This document shows, one piece after another, positions 26,101-38,824 of a DNA stretch of 64,000 nucleotides. Each line of letters begins with the position of its first letter. Position 1 is the first letter of the stretch. Position numbers and translations under genes: made by a program. The DNA lies in the NCBI GenBank assembly GCA_964016885.1, contig OZ024742.1, positions 55,118,001 through 55,182,000 of the forward strand, given 5' to 3'. This stretch comes from Eledone cirrhosa. Its lineage: Eukaryota. Below the pieces are notes generated by a model, which was not told the origin of the DNA, searched no databases, and worked only from the letters and a program-made list of their open reading frames with translations.

Positions 26101-26779
26101 CTATATATCTATAATGTGATATACACAAGAAATTCTCGTATTGTAAACTGGTTACTTGAATCTGTTTTCCAGGATATAATGGCCATGTGTTTTTCATTCT
26201 GAGTAATATGTTGATATTTAGAAGATATTTAACATAGCATGAATGATTAACCTTCATAAATATATTTGGGATAAGCAGTATTAAACAAGAAGAGTCGTAT
26301 AATCATTAATATAATCACGAGTTGAGCAACAGGTTCGAAAACTATTTTTGTACACCTAACATTACTGACTCTAAAAAAGAAAATGGAATGAACGAATGAG
26401 ATGTTCGGTTCCAGCCTGTCTAGGATGGTAGTAGCTCCAACTAAGAATTAACTCCGACTCTGACAACACATACAACACATGCTAACATTGAAAAAAAGAT
26501 GTACAATTATCTTTGTATTTAATACTATTGCATTCCTAATATAATGGATGATTAATATAAATAACATCAATATTTGTTAAATCTTTTTGTACTTAATACT
26601 CGCGGAATTCATTCATATAGATATTTCTAGTTGTAACCCGAGAGTCGATGGGTTAATTGTTATGTTCAGAATGATTGTGTACAGAATATCGTGATATCGT
26701 AAGGCGGGCACAGTTTTAGGTAGATTAAATCCATAGAAAACTTCAGTAGTAGTAGTAGTAGTAGTGGTAGTAGTAGCAG

Positions 26780-26966
26780 TAATAATTGTTTCTACTTTAG
26801 GCACAAGGCCAGCAATTAACCAGTGCATTACTGGTACTTTATTTTATCGACCCCGTAAGGATGAAAGGCCAAGTTAAACCTCGGCGGGATTTGAACTCAG
26901 ATCGTAAAGGGACGTAACTATGCTGGAAAGCATGGCATCCGACCCTCTACCGATACTGCCAATCCA
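26780..26966 (-). mobile_element. tRNA-derived SINE, full length
   Basis: Reverse complement of the 2930-3130 family. Confidence 0.85.
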
Positions 26967-26987
26967 GTAATAATAATAATGATATAT

Positions 26988-28365
26988 GTATGGAAATTGG
27001 TATTCATAAGTGTGGCGTCGTAGTGATGAAGAGGGGTAAATTGAACAGAAGCAACGGAATCCAGGTACCAACAGGTGAGATGATAAAGGAATTGACACTG
27101 AAGAAGGATACAAGTATTTGGGTATTCTGGAGGCTGATGACATCAAGAACAAAAAAAATGAAGGAATTGATAAGATCTGAATACATTCTAAGAGTAAGGA
27201 GTGTATTAAAGTCACATCTGAAAAGTAGGAATGCCATAAGTGCTGTAAATTCCTGAGCAGAGTCTATTATTAGGTACAGTGCGGGAATTCTGAGATGAAA
27301 TGTTGCTGACTATCTACAACATGTTCCACAAAAGGAGTGATGTCGATAGACTCGACTTAAGGAGATCTGAAGGTGGAAGAGGTCTTATCAGCATAGAGTA
27401 CTGTGTTCAGATGGAGAAAAACAACCTACACAAATACGTGACTGATAGTAAGGAGCCAATGCTCAGAACTGTACTGAAGGAGGGGACAATAAACCAGAGG
27501 AAATAACAACGAGGAGAAAGAGCAACCTTCAGGAAAAATCCCTTCATAGTACCTTCTTTGAGAAAACGGAATTCAGAGATCCACAGACATGGAACTGGTT
27601 GAGAAGAGGAGAGCTTAAAAAGGCTACAGAAGGAATGCTAATGGCTGCGCAAGAGCAGGCCCTCAAAACGAAGTGGCTGAAACACCATATTTACAAGGAG
27701 GAGGCTAGCCCACTCTGTAGGATATGTGGAGAGAGAGAGAGGAGACTGTGGCTCACATTGTATCCGAGTGTAAAGACCTAGCCCAGACTCACTATAAAGG
27801 CTGGAGACATGATGTGATGGGCAGGGTGATCCACTGGCACCTATGCAAAGTAAACAATTTACCACATTCTGAGAAGTGGTATGAGCATAGGCCAGAGGCG
27901 GTGATAGAAAACGATCAGGTGAAGGTGCTATGGGATTTTAGGATACAGACGGACAAGAAACTTGAACACAATAGACCTGACCTGGTGGTTTTGGACAAGG
28001 AAAAAAGATCGTGCCTGATTGTGGATGTGGCCTGCCCATTCGACACGAGAGTGCAAGAGAAGGAGAGGGAGAAAATTAACCGATACCAGGACTTAAAGTG
28101 GGAGGTAAAAAGGATTTGGAACTGCCATGAAGTCAAACTGGTCCCGATTGTCATAGGCGCACTAGGTATATTCTCAAAAAGTTTCCAGGGATGGTTAAAG
28201 AAAATTGGCCCCGCCCCGCTTTTTGGAACACTTCAAAATTCATGCTTGATGGGAACATCAAGAACCCTCCGATAAGTCCTGAATATATTAGGCTGCAGGT
28301 TGTGGCTTGATATTCATTTCAACAAACTTTCCAGTTAACTAACATCAATTACTGAGACTCAAAGA

Positions 28366-28366
<1 letters not shown>
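26988..28366 (+). mobile_element. R4/Dong-like LINE family A, degenerate 5'-truncated copy
   Basis: Fragments homologous to the ORF at 28402-30447, with stops and deletions; followed by (TAA)n at 28367-28401. Confidence 0.9.
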
Positions 28367-28401
<35 letters not shown>

Positions 28402-28404
<3 letters not shown>

Positions 28405-30447
28405 GTGTCGGGTGAGGTGCCAGAGTGGTTGACAAAAGGTACCACAGTTCTGATAATGAAAGACCGAATCAAGGGTAATGATGTTACCAACTATAGACCT
28501 ATCACATGTCTGCCCGTAATGTGGAAACTGTTGACGAGCATTGTGTCTGAGGAAATCTACCATCACCTCCACACAAACAACTTGTTGCCGGACGAACAGA
28601 AAGGATGCCGAAAGAAGTCACGTGGTACAAAGGACCAGTTGCTTATTGATAAGATGGTAATGGGGAATTGCAGGAGGAGACACACTGATCTTGCCATGGG
28701 ATGGATAGACTACAGAAAGGCATTTGACATGGTGCCTCATTCCTGGATCACCAAAAGCCTGGAGATATTCAGGGTGGCAGATAACATCAGACAGTTGCTG
28801 GGCAGGAGTATGGGGTCCTGGGAGACAGAGTTGACATCAACTGGAGTATCCTTGGGAAGCGTGAAGATCAAGAGAGGTATCTTCCAGGGAGATAGCCTGT
28901 CCCCTCTGTTGTTTGTCCTTGCCCTGATGCCCTTGACCATTATGCTGCGAAAAGTGAGAGCAGGATACAAGTTGGGAAGGGGAGAGCTTACCATCAATCA
29001 CCTCCTCTTCATGGACGATCTTAAGCTCTTCGGGAAAAGTGAGAAGGAGTTGGATGTGCTTGTTGACACTGTCCGTATTTTCAGCAGTGATATATGTATG
29101 CAGTTTGGTATTGGTAAATGTGGAGTCATTGTGATGAGGAGGGGTAGGTTGAGCAGAAGTAACGGGATGCAGATACCAACAGGTGAGATGATAAAGGAAA
29201 TTGACTCTGAGGAAGGATACAAGTATTTGGGCGTTCTGGAGGCTGATGGCATAAAGAACAAAAAAATGAAGGAATTGTTAAGAACTGAATACATTCGGAG
29301 AGTAAGGAGCGTATTGAAGTCACATCTGAACAGCAGAAATACCATAAGCGCAGTAAATTCCCGAGCTGTGTCTATTATTAGGTACAGTGCGGGAATTCTG
29401 AGATGGAATGTTGCTGAACAAAAAGAAATGGATAGGAAGACTAGGAAGCTATTGACTATCTACAACATGTTCCACAAGAGGAGTGATGTCGATAGACTCT
29501 ACCTAAGGAGATCTGAGGGTGGAAGAGGTCTTATCAGCATAGAGGACTGTGTTCAGATGGAGAAAAACAACCTATACAAATACGTGACCTATAGTAAGGA
29601 GCCAATGCTCAGAGCTGTACTGAAGGAGGGGACAGTAGGCCAGGGGATACCCAAGGAGGAAATAACATCAAGGAGGAAGAGCAGCCTTAAGGGAAAATCC
29701 CTTCATAGTACCTTCTTTGAGAAAACTGAATTTAGAGATCCACAGACATGGAACTGGTTGAGAAGAGGAGACCTCAAAAAGGCTACAGAAGGAATGCTAA
29801 TGGCTGCGCAGGAGCAGGCCCTCAAAACGAAGTGGTTGAAGCACCATATCTACAAGGAGGAGGCTAGCCCACTGTGCAGGATCTGTGGAGAGAGAGAGGA
29901 GACTGTGGCTCACATTGTGTCCGAGTGTAAACACCTAGCCCAGACCCACTATAAGGGCTGGAGACACGATGTGATGGGCAGGGTGATCCACTGGCACCTG
30001 TGCAAAGTAAACAATCTACCACATTCTGAGAAATGGTATGAGCATAGGCCAGAGGCGGTGATGGAGAACAGTCAGGTGAAGGTGCTGTGGGATTTTAGGA
30101 TACAGACGGACAAAAAACTGGAACACAATAGACCTGACCTGGTGGTTGTGGACAAAGAAAAAAGATCGTGCCTGATTGTGGATGTGGCCTGCCCGTTCGA
30201 CACGAGAGTGCAAGAGAAGGAGAGGGAGAAAATTAACCGATACCAGGACCTAAAGTGGGAGGTGAAAAGGATTTGGAACTGCCATGAAGTCAAAGTGATC
30301 CCGATTGTCATAGGCGCACTGGGGACTATCTCCAAAGGTTTCCAGGGATGGTTAAAGAAAATCGGCCCCTTCACGCTTTTTGGAACGCTTCAAAAGGCAT
30401 GCTTGCTTGGAACGGCAAGAACCCTCCGATACGTCCTGAATATCTGA
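28402..30447 (+). CDS. R4/Dong-like family A ORF, open 681 codons, 5'-truncated (RT + CCHC + REL endonuclease)
   Basis: [35 protein letters not shown]; CRIC...H...C; RPD...D...KY-type REL motifs. The ATG is created at the (TAA)n junction. The 3' UTR runs to ~30530, then (TAA)n. Confidence 0.92.
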
Positions 30448-30562
30448 GGCTGCAGGTAGTGGCTTGATATTCAATCCAACGGACTTTCCAGTTAACCAAC
30501 ATCAATGACTGAGATTCAAGGAATAACAATAACAATAATAATAATAATAATAATAATAATAT

Positions 30563-31442
30563 TGCTCCCGTAAGTTTTTTTGATTTTTAACATATTTAAA
30601 TCAATTGTGAAAGAACAATTCTTAGCACAAATGTTGCATAAAGGCACCGAATGAGGTCCCATAAAGTTTCGGATCCATATTATATTGTTGTATCGCTCAA
30701 ATATTCAATTTTGTATTATATATTTTGTATTCAAAAAAGAAAATGGTTATAAATGGAACAAAATACCCTCTGTCTACACTATATAGAACAGCAGCAATTT
30801 CAATTACACCAACACCAGAAACTTGATACACTTGATACACTACCTATCCCATCACACTAAATATAATTTCACCAGCATCATAATAATAATTACTATTATT
30901 ATTGTCTCAAATTTTAAAAAATGTTTAATTCAAATTTTACGGGAATATGTCAACACAAAATATGATAAAAATATATATTAAACATACGAACACAAACTCA
31001 TAGATACTATATCAGTAACCACAACACCATCGCTGCCACCACCCCACCACATCCATCATCGCCGCCACCACTCATTCAATGCTACTGACACTATTCCCTG
31101 TTAACTTGAGAGAGAAAAGGGAAGGTGGCGGTAGCACTAGACAAGAGAGAGGCTAGCAAAAGATATAAATAGATTGACTTGGTGACCTTGCCACGGCCAA
31201 ACGTCTACATCAACAATTATGGGACTGCTGGCTCACCCCTTCCTCACCAACAATATAAAAAGCCCCGGCACCACCACCGACATAGCCAACAACAATAACA
31301 GCCAACTACAACAAAAAGTATATTATATTATTGTAATGCACTGGGTGATTGCTGGCCTTGTGCCTGGAGTGGAGACAATTATTAATAATTTCATTCTTAA
31401 GCCACGCAATGCTCACATTAAGGAACCACTCATGATAATAAC

Positions 31443-31447
<5 letters not shown>
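30563..31447 (+). repeat. Non-coding spacer duplicated at ~36388-37300 and partly at 38548-38805
   Basis: Shared gctcccgtaag...ataataac(g/a)atttaaaaa; a SINE tail remnant at ~31333-31385 in this copy only. Confidence 0.85.
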
Positions 31448-31480
<33 letters not shown>

Positions 31481-31483
31481 AAA

Positions 31484-34400
31484 CCCCGTGACCAAGAAAT
31501 ACCGGGATGGCGGCCGGCGGTGAATAGCCGTGTCTCTAGGGGAGAACGACCCCTCTAGTCTTGGTTGACACTCGTTCTAGAAGTGGTAACACGAAATGAT
31601 TACCCCTTGGCGGATAAGGATAAAACGCGACAAAATAAAGTAAATGTCTAATGATAAAATCTCATACCGGATCGGCCGTCACCCGGGTAAAAAAGGGCCG
31701 CGCCCCTCAGAGAGGAACCAGACTGGGGTCGAAAAATCAGCTAATGGTTCAAACCTTCCCATCACTTCGGAGCTGGAGACCTCCCATAACACGAATACTC
31801 CTACTGTTGGCCCTCCATGCTCACCACCAAGAAATCCAAAGAAAAAGAGAGAAAAATAGTCAAGGGAAGATAATAAAGAAGTCCTTGAGGCTTTCTACAC
31901 TGCCATGTACTACCCATCAAATACATCGAATACAGAACAAACATATATCAACTGGAAAAAGAAACATCCCGAAAACAGAGGCTATATTGACAGTAACAAA
32001 CTAGCCAATATTCGAAGAAATATTGTAAGAAAAAAGTTACTAACTGATATAGAAATTGATCAGATCAAGCTAGTAGCACAAAGTCAGCGAAGGGAAAATG
32101 AAGCATGTGTCAGTGAAAACGAGGTAAATTGTAACACTTCGAATCCCAGGGTTGGGGCGGAATCACTGGCAACAGAACAAATTAAAGAAAGGAGCGAAAA
32201 AGTGGAGGGAATGCATGCTCAGGATGAAACTCCAAATGAAAATAATGAGATCGTAAATGATAAAGAAATGAATGAGAATGAACTTGCCAACTTGAAGGAT
32301 GAAATTATGATCGAATGGATGAAAATGAAAGAATCTGACATGGGGCAACGAGACACCCTCCCTAAGATCCAGAACTCCAAACAGAACCAAAAGATAATAC
32401 GCAAGACTAACATAATTCTCAAAAACATTATCATCACAAACAAACTAAACATTACTGACTTAAATCATCTCTATTATGCATCGGCTAAAGTCACCACTCA
32501 CTTATGTGGAGTGAAGATGAAAAAACAAAGGAATTCCCACAAGAAATCTACTTGGCAAGATAACATCAATCGCCAAATAAACCTTCTCCGATCTGACATA
32601 GAAATTTTAACAAACTATAAAGTAGGTGAACATGTTAAACAAACTAAACTTAGAAAATTGAAAAAAAAGTACAGTATAAGATCAACATGTGACATAGACA
32701 TGCTGATAGAAACAATCAAGCAAAAAGTGTCGGCCAAAGCTGCTCGTATAAGGCGCTTTGAAAAACGATCTAGATTCTATAAGGACAATAATATGTTCAA
32801 AAACAACCAAAGAAACTTCTACAGAAAAATTGGTAAGTCAACAATAACTGCTAAATCAATACCACCCAAGGAGGAAGTGCAAGAATTCTGGGAAAAGATC
32901 TGGGCCGAAGAAAAAGTTCATAACATACATGCCCCATGGATAGACAGACAAATGAAAGAAACAGCTCACCTTGAAGAACAAACATGGGAAAATATAACAG
33001 TTGAACAGCTGCGCTTGGCTCTAAGAAAAACCAGCAAATGGAAATCCCCAGGAAAAGACAAAATACAAAACTTTTGGATAAATGCCTTCACAGAGTCTCA
33101 TGAGCTGTTAGCCCAACTTTACAATGAAATAGTTAAGGAGCCAGAAAAGATACCATCATGGCTAGTTAACGGCATTACATTCCTGCTACCGAAGAATGAT
33201 GAGACAAACAATCCCAAAAATTACAGACCGATAACCTGCTTGACCACAATGTATACAATTTTAACATCTGTCCTAACTGAATACACATATGACCACCTGA
33301 TAACAAATGACCTATTTCCCATTGAGCAGAAAGGGTGTAAACGAGGCTCATATGGCTGTAAGGATCAGCTTCTGGTTAACAAAATGATACTGGAAGATTG
33401 TCATAATAGACACAAAAATCTATCGATTGCTTGGATAGATTATAAAAAAGCATTCGATAGTTTGCCACACAGTTGGATTGAAAAATGTTTAGAGATTTTC
33501 AAAATATCCCCCGTTGTCAGGAGGTTTTTGTCATTCAGTATGAGGACAGGGAGAACGACACTCCTTTTGAATAGTGAAACAAAATCACTGGAAGCTGGAG
33601 AAGTTAACATTAATTGTGGAATTTTTCAGGGTGACTCTTTATCACCGCTTTTATTCTGCATCGCACTTATACCATTAAGTAAAATGCTCAATGAAACAAA
33701 ACATGGATATAGAGTCTATGACAAAACCATTAATCACCTGTTCTACATGGATGACCTGAAACTATTTGCAAAAAATGATGAACAATTGCAAGGGCTATTA
33801 TCCACTGTGAAGCAGTTCAGTGATGACATTAAAATGGAGTTTGGACTGGATAAATGCGCCAAAGCAACGTTCACCAGAGGAAAGCTGCTGAAGAGTTCAG
33901 ACATTAATCTTGATCGGGGAAACGTGATAAGAGAGCATGATCAAGAAAATACTTACAAATATCTAGGTGTTTGTGAAGGAGACGGAATCAAGCACTCGAC
34001 AATGAGGGAAAGGATAAGGAAGGAATGTTACCGCAGAGTCAGAGCAATCTTAAGAACGGAATTGAATGCGAATAATAGGATCGATGCCATAAACACGCTT
34101 GCCATACCAGTAGTAACCTACAGTTACAATGTCATCAACTGGTCAAGCACAGAGATCCGTAGGCTCGATACAAAAATCCGAAAATTCTTAACCATGCACA
34201 GAATGCATCACCCTAAGGCAGACATAGATAGAATATATCTCCCTAGGAAAGAAGGAGGACGTGGGTTAATCCAGTTAGACATTGCGTTGAAAACTGCAAC
34301 AATTGGATTATCCACATATCTAAGGGAATCACATGATTGGATGATCAAACTCGTTTTGAAACACGAAAGCACCAAAAGATCATATTCCATTGCAAAAGAT

Positions 34401-35434
34401 GCACAAAGATACAGTAATGGACTACAAATTTCAAAAGTCCCATTTACTGCTGAAATGGAAAACACAGAAAAAGCAAAGCAGGTAAAAGTAACTGCAAAGA
34501 AAGAACTACTACAGAAACTGGCTAAGAAATGGCAAGAAAAGCCTCTGTATGGAAAATACCCAGAGCGAGCTAACAATCCTGATGTTGACAAAACTTTAAC
34601 CCATCAGTGGTTGGCATCCTCTGGACTGAAATCGGAGACTGAAGGACTGATTATATCGGCACAAGATCAGTGTCTGCCAACAAAAAATTACCAAGCCAAC
34701 ATAATAAAAAATGGGTGCAGACCATTATGCCGTGTATGCAAAAAACAACCAGAGACCATTGACCATATAATTTCAATGTGCAGTCCTATAGCTCCAACCG
34801 AATACCTAAACAGGCATGACAGAGCTGCACAATACATACATTGGATAATGTGTAAGCATTTTGGCCTGCCCCATCAAAAGAATTGGTGGGAGCATCAACC
34901 ACCTCCCATACTTGAAAAAGATCACATCTCAATCTTGTGGAACATTAGCATCCAAACAGACCGAAAAATAGATGCAAATAGACCTGATATAATATTGAAG
35001 GACTTTCAAAGGAGGGTATGCCTGCTAATTGATACGTCTGTTCCAATAGACAAGAATGTATCTATAAAAACATTTGAAAAATTGAGCAAGTATAAGGACC
35101 TGGAGATAGAAATTGGAAAAATGTGGAAATTGAGAACTAAAACAATACCAGTGGTCGTAGGCGCTCTGGGAATGATACCTAAGGGGTCTAACGACTACTT
35201 ATCGCAAATCCCAGGAAACCCGCGTATAGGAGAAATACAAAAGATAGTACTAATGGGAACTGCCCATATACTAAGGAAGATCCTGTCAATATAAGTACAT
35301 CACAAGTCTAAACACTAAGGATGCATGTGTGAATATGTATGTTCTTTCTAGAACATGGCGAACCTTGTTGTCTCTTGAGGTCACTGGTTGTGACTTGGTG
35401 ATAACTCGTATAAACATAAAGCAAGATAAATGCA
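31484..35434 (+). mobile_element. R4/Dong-like LINE family B, apparently full length
   Basis: Poly(A) upstream at 31448-31478, 160-nt structured 5' UTR, single ORF, 3' UTR and (TAA)n tail. Confidence 0.92.
31644..35294 (+). CDS. Family B ORF (RT + CCHC + REL), 1216 codons with one in-frame TAG at 31857-31859
   Basis: ORFs 31644-31859 and 31905-35294 are in the same frame. Motifs [31 protein letters not shown]...H...C, RPD...D...KY. The copy at 37483 has TGG at the stop position. Confidence 0.9.
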
Positions 35435-35474
<40 letters not shown>

Positions 35475-35477
<3 letters not shown>

Positions 35478-36228
35478 GGCTACAGAAGGAATGCTAATGG
35501 CTGCGCAGGAGCAGGCCCTCAAAACGAAGTGGTTGAAGCACCATATTTACAAGGAGGAGGCTAGCCCACTGTGCAGGATCTGTGGAGAGAGAGAGGAGAC
35601 TGTGGCTCACATTGTGTCCGAGTGTAAACACCTAGCCCAGACCCACTATAAGGGCTGGAGACACGATGTGATGGGCAGGGTGATCCACTGGCACCTGTGC
35701 AAAGTAAACAATTTACCACATTCTGAGAAATGGTATGAGCATAGGCCAGAGGCGGTGATGGAGAACAATCAGGTGAAGGTGCTGTGGGATTTTAGGATAC
35801 AGACGGACAAAAAACTGGAACACAATAGACCTGATCTGGTGGTTGTGGACAAAGAAAAAAGATCGTGTCTGATTGTGGATGGGGCCTGTCCTTTCGACAC
35901 GAGAGTGCAAGAGAAGGAGAGGGAGAAAATTAACCGATACCAGGACCTAAAGTGGGAGGTGAAAAGGATTTGGAACTGCCATGAAGTCAAAGTGACCCCG
36001 ATTGTCATAGGCGCACTGGGGACTATCTCCAAAAGTTTCCAGGGATGGTTAAAGAAAATCGGCCCTTTCACGCTTTTTGGAACGCTTCAAAAGGCATGCT
36101 TGCTTGGAACAGCAAGAACCCTCCGATACGTCCTGAATATCTGAGGCTGCAGGTAGTGGCTTGATATTCATTCCAACGGACTTTCCAGTTAACCAACATC
36201 AATGACTGAGATTCAAGGAATAACAACA
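35475..36228 (+). mobile_element. Family A 3' fragment (CCHC + REL)
   Basis: ORF 35491-36144 is nearly identical to the end of 28402-30447; flanked by (TAA)n. Confidence 0.92.
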
Positions 36229-36357
<129 letters not shown>

Positions 36358-37323
36358 CGCACGTGGTGGTTAGAAGGTCATGAAATCGCTCCCGTAAGTT
36401 TTTGATTTTTAACATATTTAAATCAATTGTGAAATAACAATTTTTAGTTCAAATGATACATAAAGCATCCGACTCAAGTCTCAGAAAAATTCGGATACAT
36501 AATATATTGTTATATCGCTCAAATATTCAATTTTGTATTATACATTTTATATTCAAAAAAGAAAATGGTTATAAATGGAAGAAAACCCCCTCTGTCTACA
36601 CTATATAGAACAGCCAAATAACAGCAATTTCACCAACACCAGAAACTAGATACACCACCTACCCCATCACCCCTCTGTGTACACTAAATACAACAGCCAG
36701 ATAACGGCAATTCACCACCGCCAACACCAATCTGAGCATAATAATAATTACTATTATTATTGTCTCAAGTTTTAACAACATGTTTAAATCCAATATTAAG
36801 AAAATATGCCAACACATATATTAAACATACACGACAAACGCATATATACACATCAAACAAAACTACAGTCTATTCAACAACACTCAGTAACGAAAACGCC
36901 ATCACTATAGTCACCGCCGCCACCACTGCATCCATCATTGCCACCACTATCCCATCACCGCCGCCACCACTCTTTCATTGCTACCACTACTATTCCCCCA
37001 TTACCTTCTGTTAACTTAAGAAAGGGGAAGGTGGCGATATCACTAGACAAGGGAGAGGCTAGCAAAAGATATAAATAGATTGACTTAGTGACCCGGCCAC
37101 CGGCCAAACGTCAACGACTATGGCACTGCTGGCTCCCCCCTTCCCCACCAACAATAGAAAAATCCCCAGCACCACCACCACCGACATAGCCAACAACAAT
37201 AACAAGCAACTTCAGCAAAATGTATATTATATTATTAATAATTTCATTCTTAAGCCACGCAATGTTCACATTAAGGAACCACTGATGATAATAACAATTT
37301 AAAAAACAACAAGAAAGAAAAAA

Positions 37324-38047
37324 TCCGCGACCAAGAAATACCGGGATGGCGGCCGGCGGTGAATAGCCGTGTCTCTAGGGGAAGATGACCCCTCTAGTCT
37401 TGGTTGACACTCGTCCTAGAAGTGGTAACACGAAATGATTACCCCTTGGCGGATAAGGATAAAACGCGACAAAATAAAGTAAATGTCTAATGATAAAATC
37501 TCATACCGGATCGGCCGTCACCCGAGTCAAAAAGGTCCGCGTCCCTCAGAGAGGAACCAGACTGGGGTCGAAAAATCAGCTAAAACCTTCCCATCACTTC
37601 GGAGCTGGAGACCGCCCATAACCGGAATACTCCTACTGTTGGCCCTCCATGCTCACCACCAAGAAATCCAAAGAAAAAGAGAGAAAAATGGTCAAGGGAA
37701 GATAATAAAGAAGTCCTTGAGGCTTTCTACACTGCCATGTACTACCCATCAAATACATCGAATACAGAACAGACATATATCAACTAGAAAAAGAAACATG
37801 CCGAAAACAGAGGCTATATTGACTGTAACACACTAGCCAATATACGAAGAAATATTGTAAAAAAAAAAGTTACTAACTGATATAGAAATTGATCAGATCA
37901 AGCTATTAGCACGAAGTCAGCGAAGGGAAAATGAAACATGTGTCAGTGAAAACGAGGTAAATTGTAACACTTCGAATCCCAGAGTTGAGGCGGAATCACT
38001 GACAACAGAACAAATTAAAGAAAGGATCGAAAAAGTGGAGGGAGTGC
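37324..38047 (+). mobile_element. Family B 5' fragment (3'-truncated)
   Basis: Matches 31484-32215, with a 7-nt deletion near 37583. Confidence 0.9.
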
Positions 38048-38118
38048 CTGTAAAGGGACGTAACTATGCTAGAAAGCATGGCGTCCAACCCTCTACCGAT
38101 ACTGCCAATTCACCGCCC
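38048..38118 (-). mobile_element. SINE 5' (tRNA head) fragment
   Basis: Matches 26903-26966. Confidence 0.8.
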
Positions 38119-38134
38119 ATAATAATAATAATAA

Positions 38135-38547
38135 TGCTTTCTGTATTAACCACAAGGGTTTACACAAAGTAGACATTAAGGACAGTACAGAACAATACTG
38201 GACGGTACAAAAGGGCATTTCTGCGTGTAAAAAACAAAAAACAGAGGATGTAATAATAGAACAATGAAAAAAATTCCCCAATAGGGGGAAAACTTCCGAG
38301 GGACATTCGTGGAGAAAGCCCATTAAAAAGCCACAGTGACCCTGACCACCAGAGCAAGTGCCCTCTCCTAGTTTTCCACCTTTAATTTACAGACACATAC
38401 TCAGAGTAGTCCCATTCACTCGGGCCATTCTTGCCTCTCTCACCCATCTTTCAACAAAATGCTGGGAAGAGAGCACTTCCCTCTCTACCCTGATTTTCCT
38501 TTTCAAATGAAATTTGAAAAAGTTAATCAGGGCATCACCGAAGAGGT
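38135..38547 (-). mobile_element. L1/Tx1-like LINE 3' fragment
   Basis: Homologous to 2500-2928 (INFFKFHLKRKIRVEREVL); (ATT)n tail. Confidence 0.8.
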
Positions 38548-38824
38548 ATCACTAGGCAAGGGAGAGGCTAGCAAAAGATATAAATAGATTGACTTAGTGA
38601 CTCGGCCACCGGCCAAACGTCAACGACTATGGCACTGCTCCCCCCTTCCACACCAACAATACAAAAAGCCCCAGCACCACTACCGACATAGCCAACAACA
38701 ATAACAGGCAACTTCAGCAAAATATATATTGTATTATTAATAATTTCATTCTTAAGCCACGCAATGCTCACATTAAGGAACCACTCATGATAATAACAAT
38801 TTAAAAAAACAACAAAAAAGAAAA

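Noticed and set aside
25400-26200. Possible ancient LINE endonuclease remnant (GITETH-like motif)
   Set aside because: A single short motif with no continuous frame.
30563-30945. MITE with inverted ends tcccgtaa/ttacggga in the spacer
   Set aside because: The match is short, is not retained in the second spacer copy, and has no TSD.
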